Source: Rhizaria sp. SCN 62-66 (lineage: Eukaryota). From it: a stretch of DNA of 64,000 nucleotides. Positions within the stretch are counted from its first letter, which is position 1. The number at the start of each line of letters is the position of its first letter. Position numbers and translations under genes: made by a program. Below are positions 1-11,062 of the stretch, in pieces. The stretch lies in the NCBI GenBank assembly GCA_001724265.1, contig MEDY01000131.1, positions 1-64,000 of the forward strand, read 5' to 3'. A model generated the notes under the pieces. That model saw only the letters and a list, made by a program, of their open reading frames with translations. It was not told the origin of the DNA and searched no databases.

Positions 1-455
1 GCTGCTTGACTCCGGTGCGCTTCACTACTGCGCACAGACGCTGACCGCTGCCTCCTTACTGTCGTCACCGCCGCCCAGTGGGTTGCTAAATCGGCTCTTG
101 CGGGCGGTGCGCCTTATGACTGAGGTCGACGGCCCTCACGACGACACCGAGGACGCCGAGATGCGAAACGTGTTCCTCGCAGCCTTCTTAGCGGCAGGTG
201 GCCGAAACGCACTTGTTGATCTGATCCAGAATGAAGCATCCAGTGTCGACGCATTGGATGAGGCAATGCAGCTTCTACAGGGATGTGGAGAGGGCGGCTC
301 TGCATCACAGCCAGCGCAGGAGAGCAGTGACGCCGACGCGGGCCGCGACAACAATGCACAGGAGAACAAATGCACAGGAGAACAACAACGCCGAGCCTAG
401 TGACGAGACGATCGCGAGCAATGGCAAGGATACTCCCTCAGATGCCCCTGAGTAA
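1..455 (+). CDS. 3' end of a helical, possibly ARM-repeat-like protein (partial, enters from left edge); C-terminus frameshifted by a 16-bp duplication
   Basis: Frame open from position 2 (LLDSGALHYCAQTL...LLNRLLRAVRLM...FLAAGGRNALVDLIQNE), GC-rich up to 455 then an AT-rich spacer. As written it ends GCC TAG TGA (398-403); without the duplication at 353-384 it would end ...DNNAQENNNAEPSDETIASNGKDTPSDAPE-TAA (455). The ARM-like call is by eye only. Confidence 0.55.
353..384 (+). repeat. perfect 16-bp tandem duplication (AATGCACAGGAGAACA x2)
   Basis: Read directly: 353-368 equals 369-384. Confidence 0.9.
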
Positions 456-1536
456 AACTCATGGCAAAGCAAACAGCTTCATCAAAAGCGTTGGTGGTTG
501 GATTAATATTCGCGCCACCAAGGTAAAATCAATAAAACCTGTAAAAAAGAGTACTAAAGTTCTGTTTATCAAACAAATTCCCCATTATCTCATATTACAA
601 CGGAGACTTTACTATCATCGTCGACAACGTGCATGCGCACTCCCCACCCCAATCTTCCGATTTAAAACTTCTGATAGATTCCACAATATGAATATGAGAT
701 TGAAATTCTTCGAAATATATACAGCACTTTATTCCATTAGTTTATATCATTTTTTTCCGCGTATCTCTCATTTCCTTGTCATTTCTTGGATGGTCTAACT
801 TTTTAATCTGTCTTAAGTCAGTCTCTAGTATCAGCGGACACTATCAACAAAGCAAATCATAGTTAAAGATATATGCACAGCTATAAGTCGACTACTGGGC
901 AAAGTTGATAAAGATATTTAAATTCACACAACTTAATTTAGAAAAACTTATCTGAAAGCGTGAAAATGATCACCCTGTGTGTTGCCCTGGGGTTCCAGAA
1001 AGCTGTCACCAAATGGGAGCACGACGGCATCAGGAACGGCGCTAACGCGAATGTACGATTTCTATACAACGTGACTCTGGTTTGGGAGGATCAATCATTC
1101 AATCTCTTTGCCAATTCAGCAAAGGCGGCAAGTCCACGACTAAAGGCAAGATAAGAACGTTTCTTCGTTTTTGCGAACTCAGCCGTAGTCTCTGCGTGCA
1201 CTGCGTACATTGCGTGCTCTAGCACAGCATTAGCCTTGCGGACCGCAGCCTCAGCCAAGTCAAGCTCGGTCAATAGATCTTTTCGATGAGGACTTTGTGG
1301 TATGTGCCGGACGTTTGCGAGATCCCATGAGTTACGCACTGTGAGGTCTTCAGGAAGAAAACATAGTGAAGCTGGGTTCAAAATATTCTTGTATTCTAAT
1401 ATTTTGCTTGATTGAGTATACTCACACACTATTTCACATTTTCTTTAACATATCTACTTCGACACATAACGCAACAACAACATCAACACCCGCGCGCGTC
1501 ACACAGCGCGTCTTGCGACTTACATGCTCATCATAC

Positions 1537-2301
1537 TTACATGTTCATTAGCGCCTCGAGCTTCTTCATCTCATCCGCCTCCTTGCTGCTGGCCGCGGGG
1601 GCTGCCGCCGCCGCAGCGACGACGGGCTTCTTCTCCGCCCCGGCGCTGCCGCCAGTGGGTGCGCTGGGCATGTCAAGCACAGCGGCGAGCTCCTCCGCCT
1701 CGCGCTGCTCTGTTGAGCGCTTGGCCACAGGCAGGCCTTGCTCGTCGACGTTGACCGTGCCCTCGCGGACGGCGATAGTGGCGGCGTCGACCTCCTCTTC
1801 CTTCTCAAACGCCGCGAGCAGTTCGTCGTCGTCGACTTCGAGCGTGTCACCAGAGATGGGTTGTGCGAGCGCCTCGCCGATCTGGTCCACCATCTCGCTC
1901 GTGTCGCGGATGTCGTCCATCAGGTCCTGCACGTGATCGATGTCGTTCTCGGACACCGACGCCTTGGTCGCGCGATGTGCTTGCTGCATCGCAGCGATAA
2001 CCGACTTATCCACGGCGGCCGACTGGAGCGCCATGATCTGCGTGTCGAGGTTCATACGCTTGCCGTAGAGCTGGGAGATCTCCTTGTCGTACATCTTCAT
2101 GCGGCGCAAGAAGAACATCGCACCATTCTTATCCTTACTCTTCATCTTCTTCAAGCCTTCGACACGGGCCTCCTCTTTGCAGTGCAGGAGGTGATCCTCA
2201 CGCTTCTCCAGGTTGTCGCTCGCGGCCTTCAGGGCCTGGATCGCGTCGTTCAAGCGCGGGGCCGCCGCGGCGGCGGGCTTCTTGCGGCCAAAGAGGTTCA
2301 T
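1537..2301 (-). CDS. SNF7: ESCRT-III subunit, Snf7/Vps32/CHMP4 family (254 aa)
   Basis: MNLFGRKK start, basic N-terminal helical hairpin (LEKRE...KDKNGAMFFLRRMKMYDKEISQL...NLDTQIMALQ), DIDHVQDLMDDI, ALAQP...DDDELLA, acidic tail ending EMKKLEALM; stop TAA; no coding intron. Confidence 0.93.
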   Translation of the reverse strand: MNLFGRKKPAAAAAPRLNDAIQALKAASDNLEKREDHLLHCKEEARVEGLKKMKSKDKNGAMFFLRRMKMYDKEISQLYGKRMNLDTQIMALQSAAVDKSVIAAMQQAHRATKASVSENDIDHVQDLMDDIRDTSEMVDQIGEALAQPISGDTLEVDDDELLAAFEKEEEVDAATIAVREGTVNVDEQGLPVAKRSTEQREAEELAAVLDMPSAPTGGSAGAEKKPVVAAAAAAPAASSKEADEMKKLEALMNM

Positions 2302-2962
2302 GGTCGGGAACGGGGCTGAGCGCGAGAGGGAAAACGAAGCGATGGACCAACGGGAGCGGGAGTGGTGTGGATTGAGGGCTACAGGGAACAGAAACAAACA
2401 TGTGAAGAAAAGATGAGGCGGTTATTAGATAGAATATCGTATGGGTGTGCATGAAACCCGCGTTTGTGAGCGGGTAGTCAAGTCTAATGCGTCTTTGTTC
2501 GAGTGAAAGCGCTGGGTGGGAGGGAGCGTGCATGTGGACAAGCGACGTGCACGCCCATAGCTGTAGCGCTAGTATAACGGGTGATAGTGAGATACAGATA
2601 ATAAAACCAAATAGAATGCTCACTGGCCAGTTGCTTCGTTGTAACATTGAAGGGCTCTCACGACGGGAAGAGGCTACACCAGTTTGGTTCAGGAGTGCAC
2701 GTTCCACCACAAATCGATCTCCCGACTAAACCTGGACTTTTTGCGAACCGTGGTGGACTACTGCTTCTTTCGAACCGGGACCAGTCTTGTTACAAGCTCC
2801 AGAGCGACCATATCAACTGATATATGCATGTAATTACGGAATCATACTATTACTTGGCGCATTCATCTAAAAAATATTCTTGATTTTGCATTGACGGAAA
2901 CCTCACGTGTGCAGCCACTCGTTTCTTGCCTCTTTTGTATTGCAGCCAGAAGTCGAGCGTGC

Positions 2963-5900
2963 ATGCAATCGCAGCAGCCCGACTCAGCGTCGTCCCGCTC
3001 GGGGTACAAACCGGCGCCCATGGACTACCTCAATGGCCCCCCGCGACCGCTTTCGGGCACGCCCCGGCTCCCTACGCCTTCATCATCGTCTTCAACGCGC
3101 GACTCTGAGCCCCTCAACGGCTTTCCTGGCTCACCCTCATATCCACAGTCACAAAGCAACAGTGCCAGCGCCAATGTGTCCTCCGCCGCCTCTGCCGGTG
3201 CGACCCCGACATTTGTTTCCGCGGACTCCGCCGCGCGGTGGGCGGCGATCGAGGCCGCCATCGAGTTGCGCGAAAAGGCCGCGACATTCGCCCGCCGCAC
3301 TCCTCTGTCCCCTGGTCACGCCGCCACAGCGGCCGCGGTCGACGCAATGCTGAACAACACCAGCAGCATCGACGGCAACACTCTCGGTGACAGCAGTCTG
3401 GGCGACAGTCTTGCTGATACTGGCGGCGATAGCGCGGCACATACTGCTGGCGACGCGCTGTTGCAAACGTATCACAGACCTGCGGTTGCATCAGCTTCAT
3501 CAGTGTCAACGAACACTTTCAACACAACTGACGGGAGTCTTAGAATCGAGAGGAATCCGTACATTCTAAGCGAGAGCGACGATTTTATGCTTCCTCTAGA
3601 CACTCTTACACTGAACTCAAACAACAGCAAGAGTGTCAACAACAACGATACCAACAGACCAGCAAGCAATATCAATAGGGCCTGCGACGGCGAGCGCGGC
3701 GCGCGCGGCGCTTATAACGGTGAGCCCGTCACTGCAAGTGACCGCGAGCACGCTACTGACCGTGAGCGCGGCGTGGTACTGTCCCGCGCAGTCCCCAGTG
3801 CACTGCAGAAGCTCACCGACGCGGGCGTAGATATTGTGGCCGCCGCGCACGCCAGCAATGAACGCCTCCGCACTGTTATGTCACAGTCGCAGGCACAACC
3901 GCAGCCAAACCCACAGCAGGCGCAGTTGACGTCGCAGGCTGAGTCCTCACAGCTGGTTGCACAGCCAGCGAGCGCGGATAAAAACAGCAACCGTGACTCT
4001 GCGAGTGCGGGTGAGGGTGCGGATGCGGGTGTGGTTGTCGGCCAAGTTGTCACTGCAATTTGCGATGGCAACAGCTTCAACACGGCCAACAGCTCTCTTG
4101 CAGCGACTGGCAGCACTTCTTTGGCTGCTGCAAGCAGCAGCACGAGCGGAACCAAAGTTGCTCGGACCTTTCTCAAGGCTAACCTGGCGGCGACATCACC
4201 GAGAACGAGCGACCCCGTGACCGCTGCAATTGCTGCTGCGGCGACGACGACGACGGCTACTACCAGCGGCGTTATAAATGACACAAACGCGGGCAGTGGC
4301 ACGGCGAGTCTTGGTATCGGTGCGACGACGAGTGTCAACAAGCTGTATACGTCCCCGGAAGTCGTCGCTCTCGACTTGGGCCTGTCGTCGAACAGTACCT
4401 CGACCACTGGCGCTCGCGCCAAGCCTGAGGGTTTGCAGCCGAGTTTTGGCGCGATCGTTCCAGTGAAAGCCTCGCGTTTGCCGCGCCGCGTCCCGCCGTC
4501 CGTCACTGCCACCGCCACTGCCACTGCCACCGGCACAGCCACTGCGGCGGCGAACAGCACAAACATCGATGGCTCTAACAACAGCAACAGCAACAACAGC
4601 AACAGCGACAACAGCAACAACGGTACTTGTGGCTTGTCTGTCAGTGCGTTTGTTCCTGGCGGCATCACTACCAAGTCAGCCCCAAACAGCGGCAACGCTA
4701 GTGCAGTATCTGGATCTAATGCTACTACTGCGAATGTCAGCACCCAGAATGTGAGCGGGGGCTCGCCAGTAGTTAAGCCGCATCCTCCAGCACACCTACG
4801 CCCACGTCCGCCCCAGTCGCCGCCACACCACACCTCAGTGAGTACTTCCGCCGCAAATGTAAGTACCTCTGGCACGGGTGTAAGTGTGTTGCCCCGTGGT
4901 GCTGCAGGGACCCGTGTTATCCTGCAGCCCCGCACACAGCCGCAGCCTCAGTCAGCTACTGCTGCAACTGCCGCTGCAAGCTCAACATTAACAACAACAT
5001 CAACTGCGGCTGCTTCAACAGCAACAACAAAACTGAAAAAGTTTGCTACGGCAACAAGCCAGGATGTGAACACCCTCGCAGCAACCGACGAAGCTGCCAC
5101 TGAGAGCAACAATGAGACCGCCGCCGCCGCCGCCGCCGCCACCGCCGCCGTCACCGCCGCCGCCGCTGCGGAGGCGCGTGCCTTGGAAGAGGACGGTCAC
5201 CGCGAGCGCGCGCGTGCCGCGGCGGCGCGTGCGCAGGCGGAGCGTATGGCGCGCGCAATGGCCACGGCCGCTGAGGAGGAAGAGGAACGCGTCAAGGCCA
5301 GGGAACGCAGGGCGCACATGGCGACACAACCAGTCACAACAACAACAGCAGCAACAACTGCTGCATCCGCTACAAGTGCGAACTCGAACGTCACTGCGAA
5401 TGGTGTGAAGGTGAGGGACCGCAAGACGGGCGCGGTCGCTGCTGTCGCGCACCCGAACAACACCAACGGCAGCATACGGGCACTGTCACAGCAAGAAAAA
5501 CAGCATCAGACCGGTGTTGTTGGTTTGCAACCTCGCTTACAACCGCATCAGCAGCATCAACAGCAGCAGACGCCGGTTCAGCAGCCAAAGCAGCAACCGC
5601 GCGCTGGCCACGCGTCGAATACGTTCACTCGCCCCCAGCCGCAGCAGAGTGTCTTCACCGCTAATCACAGGCCTCTCAACAATAACCCTTGCAACAACCC
5701 CAACACTGCTACCAACACACACAACAACAGCAACAACAACAACTGTCGCGACGACGCTGCATCCCCAAGCCCCCACCGCGACCGGAGCGCCGCCCGTTGC
5801 AGCCCCAGTCGCAGCAGCAATGGCGGCGGCGAAGACGGTCCCCACAGCGACGGCGCCGCCGGCTCCGACACCGAAGGCGAGACGGAGACCCAGGCAATGT

Positions 5901-7828
5901 ACCGTGACCTCTGGGAGCAAGAGCGCGAGTCCCGCCGCGCGGCCGAGCGCGCCGCGATCCGCAAGGCGGCCGCGCGGCAGCAGCGCCGCAATAGCCATAG
6001 CAGCGGCAGCAACGGCGGCGGCGGTCGTCATGGCAGGCGCCATGAAAGCACGGGCGACAGCGGTGCCGACAGTGTCAGCGACAGCCTCGCTGCGGGCGCT
6101 CACAACACCACAGCTAGTCACAACCGTGCGGGCGCAACTGCAGATGCTGATGCTCAGAAGGGCAACACAAGCGCGGGTTCGAGCTTGAACTCTAATAGTC
6201 GCAGTTCTGGTGCGACTGCGGGGTCGCCCTCTGCTAATAACGCGGTTAGCGCGGATGAAGAGGCCGAGATTGACCGGAAAAAAGCGTTGTTCCGCGCATG
6301 GAGCGAGAATAAAGAACGCGAACACTCGCTGCGGCAAAAACAAGAGCAGCAACAAGAGCAGCAGTCTGATGGGTCTCGCAAAGGTGCGTTTAGTAACGAC
6401 ACAGCTGACTCGGTCTCAACTCCCGCAACTGGTAACTTTACCCACGCTAGCCACAGCAACAACAACAACAATAACCACGCCAAGCCGCAACAACAGAAGC
6501 ACTGCGGTGGCAGTGACAGTTACGGTGCAGACTCTGCTAAGTCGAGCTCAAATGCAGGAGCACAATGTGGCGATGATCCGAAGGCTGCGTATCGTGAGTG
6601 GGAAAAGCGCAAACTCGCCGAGCTTGAGAAATGCCGCTCGCGGCCGCAAAGCGCGTCGACGCCGTTCACGAGCTCTGCTGCGAATGGTGGTTCTGTCGCT
6701 GCGCCGTCTGAGGCGGCGGCGGCCGCGGCTGCGGCGGCGGTTGCTGCTGGAGCGGGTTTGGCTGCGGCCGCCGCGGCTGCGGCTGCGGCGGCTGTCGCAG
6801 AGGGCGCTCCACTCCCCGAAACCTTCTTCACGAGCCCCAACCCCAACGCCAATGCGAACTCGACCACCAGCAGTAGTACCAACGCCAGCTCAAGCTCGAG
6901 TTCTAGTTCTAGCTCTCAGTCAGAGGCGGCGAACGCAGCTCGGTTCGCGTACGCGCGCGGTAAAGCTGCGAACAGTAGCTCTGGGGCTAGTGCCCACGCA
7001 AACGCCGCCTCGTCGCCAGAAAAGTATTTCCAGAGCAACGCCAGCACAAACGGTAGGCGCAACGGCGCCAACGCTTCAAGCACGAACAACGCGAACGCTA
7101 GCTCGAGCACTAGCACAAACAGCCGCACTGGCACTGGCGCTGGCGCTGGCGCTGGTGCGAGTGCTAGCAAGGGAGCTGCTCACAATCGCTTTGATGACCA
7201 CACCGCTGGCCCCAGCGGCATTCCTGCGTCTTCCGAGGCCTTTTACGACAAAGTCTACGGCGCCGGTGCCAGTAGCTCCCGCGGCGGCGCCAATGGGGCG
7301 TGGGGCTCATTCGGCAACTTCCGCAACAGCAACCGCCAGAACTCCGGCGCTGGCGCTGGCGCTGGCCCCAGCTCTGGTACTGGGTTCAGCTATGCTGGAT
7401 TTGGGAATGCTGGTCTGGACGCGTGGCGCGCTGGCGAGGCGAAGAAGCGCGAGCAGTTCGAGGTCGCCGAGGCCAGTTGGGCTCGATTCGAACTCCTCGC
7501 CGCCGCCGCCGGGGCAGCGGGCGCCGGCGCGAGCGCGAGCGCGACGACTGCGGCCGCGGGCGCGGGCGTGACCACTGCGCGCGGCGGCGCGGCGGGGCGG
7601 CAGCTGCGGCTGAGCGAAGTGCCGTGGCCGCGGGACAAGTTCGACCTGACGCTGTCGACGTGGACTGGGGAGGAGCGTAAGAGCCAGTTCCGCCGGCTGA
7701 TGCTGCGCTGGCACCCGGACAAGTGGATGCAGGCGTATGGCGGGGTGATTGTCGCGGAGGAGCGAGAGGCGGCGATGGAGCGGGTGACTGAGGTCGCTAA
7801 ACTCATCAATACGCTGCGCAACGCGTAA
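2963..7828 (+). CDS. ~1620-aa low-complexity protein with C-terminal J-domain-like module (VPWP...LRWHPDK, NFKBIL1 C-terminus-like)
   Basis: Single ORF; first ATG at 2963 (ORF track starts at TTG 2891); C-terminal LRLSEVPWP...EERKSQFRRLMLRWHPDKWMQAYG...VTEVAKLINTL; stop TAA. Confidence 0.8.
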   Translation: MQSQQPDSASSRSGYKPAPMDYLNGPPRPLSGTPRLPTPSSSSSTRDSEPLNGFPGSPSYPQSQSNSASANVSSAASAGATPTFVSADSAARWAAIEAAIELREKAATFARRTPLSPGHAATAAAVDAMLNNTSSIDGNTLGDSSLGDSLADTGGDSAAHTAGDALLQTYHRPAVASASSVSTNTFNTTDGSLRIERNPYILSESDDFMLPLDTLTLNSNNSKSVNNNDTNRPASNINRACDGERGARGAYNGEPVTASDREHATDRERGVVLSRAVPSALQKLTDAGVDIVAAAHASNERLRTVMSQSQAQPQPNPQQAQLTSQAESSQLVAQPASADKNSNRDSASAGEGADAGVVVGQVVTAICDGNSFNTANSSLAATGSTSLAAASSSTSGTKVARTFLKANLAATSPRTSDPVTAAIAAAATTTTATTSGVINDTNAGSGTASLGIGATTSVNKLYTSPEVVALDLGLSSNSTSTTGARAKPEGLQPSFGAIVPVKASRLPRRVPPSVTATATATATGTATAAANSTNIDGSNNSNSNNSNSDNSNNGTCGLSVSAFVPGGITTKSAPNSGNASAVSGSNATTANVSTQNVSGGSPVVKPHPPAHLRPRPPQSPPHHTSVSTSAANVSTSGTGVSVLPRGAAGTRVILQPRTQPQPQSATAATAAASSTLTTTSTAAASTATTKLKKFATATSQDVNTLAATDEAATESNNETAAAAAAATAAVTAAAAAEARALEEDGHRERARAAAARAQAERMARAMATAAEEEEERVKARERRAHMATQPVTTTTAATTAASATSANSNVTANGVKVRDRKTGAVAAVAHPNNTNGSIRALSQQEKQHQTGVVGLQPRLQPHQQHQQQQTPVQQPKQQPRAGHASNTFTRPQPQQSVFTANHRPLNNNPCNNPNTATNTHNNSNNNNCRDDAASPSPHRDRSAARCSPSRSSNGGGEDGPHSDGAAGSDTEGETETQAMYRDLWEQERESRRAAERAAIRKAAARQQRRNSHSSGSNGGGGRHGRRHESTGDSGADSVSDSLAAGAHNTTASHNRAGATADADAQKGNTSAGSSLNSNSRSSGATAGSPSANNAVSADEEAEIDRKKALFRAWSENKEREHSLRQKQEQQQEQQSDGSRKGAFSNDTADSVSTPATGNFTHASHSNNNNNNHAKPQQQKHCGGSDSYGADSAKSSSNAGAQCGDDPKAAYREWEKRKLAELEKCRSRPQSASTPFTSSAANGGSVAAPSEAAAAAAAAAVAAGAGLAAAAAAAAAAAVAEGAPLPETFFTSPNPNANANSTTSSSTNASSSSSSSSSSQSEAANAARFAYARGKAANSSSGASAHANAASSPEKYFQSNASTNGRRNGANASSTNNANASSSTSTNSRTGTGAGAGAGASASKGAAHNRFDDHTAGPSGIPASSEAFYDKVYGAGASSSRGGANGAWGSFGNFRNSNRQNSGAGAGAGPSSGTGFSYAGFGNAGLDAWRAGEAKKREQFEVAEASWARFELLAAAAGAAGAGASASATTAAAGAGVTTARGGAAGRQLRLSEVPWPRDKFDLTLSTWTGEERKSQFRRLMLRWHPDKWMQAYGGVIVAEEREAAMERVTEVAKLINTLRNA

Positions 7829-8090
7829 CGTTGCTTGTGATTAATGAAAACGTGCGTTGGTTTATTCATTCTTACGCACCTAGAACTTTATATAGTTTAA
7901 TAGTTGCTACTTATATTGCTGATGTGATATTTAGTCAAGTACTTCATACAATAATCATACCTATTTTATGACATGACGTCGCGTGTTCTAGTGACCTGAG
8001 TTCTAATTTGTACTGTTTGAGGACTATATAACGGAATCTGTTCATCATTTGTGATTCTTGCCAAGACACGTCTAAATTGAGACGTTATCT

Positions 8091-10540
8091 TCACTGAGCT
8101 AATGGGTTCTTGCTGCGCCGCGACCGAAACGTGTTTGTTGTCCTTGTGCTGGTACTTTTACTAGCAGCGCCGGCACGTGACGTCGACCGCGAGCGTGAGC
8201 GAGACGAAGAACTGGTGCTCGCTATTGCACCTGTGGCGCGCGAGCGAGAGCGCGACACATCAATTTTCTCTGTGCTTTCAGTGTCTGGCACGGTGTTCTT
8301 GGTACTGCGACTGCTTTTGCGTGCAGCGTTCGCATTGGCACTATTATCAGCTTCGCTGGCGATATGATCTGCAGACAACGTAAGATCATTGAGATTCTGC
8401 TCCGGCTGAGACCCACTGACACTGACTTCAGATGTGATGAGCACAGCCTCGCACCAGGCTAGGTAACCAGCGAAACTAGCGCATAGTGGCACTAAAGGGC
8501 AGATAAACACACTCACAACAACAAATGCGATACGATACCACAGATTCATTGTGATATGGCTGTTTGTGGCACATTTGATGACTTGCGGTGAAACCGAGCG
8601 ATCAAGCGTCCCTGCCACGAGTAAAACCGCAAAGATGATCGTTGTAAAAATCAAGTCAAAACCGACTGAGGACTGTGCAGAGGTGCTGTAAAAGGCGTCG
8701 CACACTGCAGCGGCAAACGAAGGCAGCACTGCGGCAACAGCACTGCACACAGCGTCGTGCGCAGTGCCTTCGAACATGCTGGCAGAGCGGTCACAATTTG
8801 CAGTAAAGAGCTCGGGAGTCCAGCCGCGCTGCACCAAGGCATGCGCAAATGTGTTCGTGATGTCGATAGAACTAATGGTAAGACGAGAGCGACGAAGCCC
8901 GCGCGAGAGCGGAACAACAGCAAACGACTTCACTGTAGTCGTGGTATTCGCAACCTTTTCGGAACCAACACCGATGACGGGCTTGACAGGCAAATATTCG
9001 TCAAGTTGGTCAAAGAACAAACCAGCGCAGTCTGCGTCAGTGTGTTCATTCTTGACTCCATTAACAGTCACTGAATGAGTGTGGACGTGCGTACTCGCAG
9101 CAGACTTACGGCCACGACACAACGCAACAAACCTCTTGTTCACGTGACTGTCAACACTCGGGTTAATGTTATACCGAGCGATGTCTGCTGCGGCAGCGCG
9201 CAGAGCAGCGCACTCAGCACGAGAGCGGCAGACAACCTGCCATTGCCACTGCACGTACGACAAATCATTCGAACTACTCTCGCTTGCGCCCGCAGTGCGT
9301 CCTCCAAGAAGAGCACTCAGCTGCTATGAATGCAGGTGTAGCGTTTTCTCTGTAGCGGATTTGGATGAGGAAGACTGCAAGATTGACTGCGACAGTAAAT
9401 AACCCGGCGATTCGAGTGCACGCACCGCGCTAGACCAATGCATCGCAGTTGTCGCAGCGGCGATGATGCATAGCAATGCGCATAACACAATGCTGCCGTG
9501 CGCGGACTTCCGCAAGCTGAACTTCTTCGCAGTGACGCTGCTTTCAGAGTCATAGCAGCCGCTGGAGCTCAGAGGTCGTGCACCGCCAAAGTGTTGCGAA
9601 TACAGCTTAGCAGCAAACGAAGTCAGCGTTGAGATAAACGGCATGAACGGCAGTAGCAGCACGCCGTGTCCTGCAATCAGAACAACGTTAAATGTGGTAC
9701 CGCGCGTCACTGGCATCAATGCGAGACACACCAGTGCAAGCGCAACAGACACGACGAGCAGTACGATATCAACTGTGCTTACCCGCGCCTCAGTTGCCGG
9801 AGTAGTCAATGTCTTACTTTCAACCAAACCGTCAGTCACAGAGTCAAGAGCAGTGTTCTGATTGTGCTCGCAAGATGTCGCAGTGTTGTACGCGTCGACC
9901 AACAGAAACGCTATCGCAAATAGCGGTAAAGCGAACGAGAGAGCGATCATAAAGCCCAACCACACGAGGGCGGGGGCTGCCGACAGCGCACGGCGAGAGG
10001 CTGAAATGCGGAAATACACGCACAAGACAACCGCAAAGCCCATCAACTACAAAGCAAAAGATACACACATGTTGTTAAAAAGTGAGTTATTGCATGCTAT
10101 TAAGGCAGAGTCAAGTATTTGAATAAAATCTTGGAGAAAAACGTTGCGATTAGTACCTGTCCAGTGATATACCACTGCGTGGGGTCGAGACTCGTAAGCT
10201 GATACGCCTCGAAGATCATGCTGTGCGGGCGGTGCCAGCGCGCGCCACGCAGAAACCAGGCGACGACGTTTTTGTCTCCTGTCAGCACCATGTCGTCGAA
10301 CACCATTTGCAGCATGTATCCCCATGTGCAGCAGAGAGCGGTGAGCAGCAGCACTGCGAGTGCGATCAGCGTTTTCACTTGAAGTCCTTCGTGGAAAGCC
10401 TTTGATTGAATTTGAGACGTAGATATAGCAGGCTTAAGAGCTGATGCGGCGTGCACTACAAAATAAAGCATACCGACGATGACGGGGCCCCATACTAGCA
10501 AGGTAAAGGCGTTGTCGGAGACCGAAGTCTCCTCGAACAT
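8091..10540 (-). CDS. polytopic membrane protein of unknown function (~779 aa if the in-frame TAG at 9324-9326 is read as sense)
   Basis: Exons 10540-10157 and 10046-8091; intron 10156-10047 (GTACTA...TTTGTAG) joins WYITGQ|LMGFAVVL in frame. Many hydrophobic segments in all three ORF-track pieces; ORFs 9324..10046 and 8091..9263 share a frame separated by one TAG; stop TGA. Start ATG uncertain. Confidence 0.7.
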
Positions 10541-10964
10541 GCTCTTGGGACAAATGAATGGAGCACAAGACACAACCTCCGTCAGTGATAATATGGAAAA
10601 AAAATTCAGAGTGCTAAGACATATATCTCAATTGTTTCCTTAGTTATATCCTCTGCTAGTGCGATTATAAGACAATGTACAACTTTTCCTACACTGAGAA
10701 CTCAGGTCAAGAGCCGAGAGCTGCCGCCGTAACCGTAAGTAGCAAGCGCACATTAGTGCACAAACAAGGTATATCTACACAAACTCTAGATATAGCAATG
10801 TTCGGTAATTGTATGATCTACATCATGATGCTCGACTCTTATCAGACCTCTTGTGACATATTATTTCAAAGGAACTTATCGCAACAATATGAAACACAAG
10901 ATTCTCATGGAAGACAACTGTATGATGGCACAATCTGAGCTGGAACAAAATCTGAATAAATTAC

Positions 10965-10992
10965 AATGATATCTTACTAATGATATCTTACT
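10965..10992. repeat. perfect 14-bp tandem duplication (AATGATATCTTACT x2)
   Basis: Read directly; lies 3' of the LSD1-like gene stop. Confidence 0.85.
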
Positions 10993-11062
10993 ATAAATCG
11001 ACACATAGCAAAATCATAATCGAACCCCTGCGCTATCCACACGAGCCTCAAGTTGATTTGTT

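Noticed and set aside
370-798. 142-aa plus-strand ORF running into the AT-rich spacer
   Set aside because: Crosses the coding/non-coding composition boundary; no protein-like features.
1091-1429. 112-aa minus-strand ORF downstream of SNF7 in a moderately GC-rich island
   Set aside because: No convincing start or motif; could be a gene fragment but cannot be supported.
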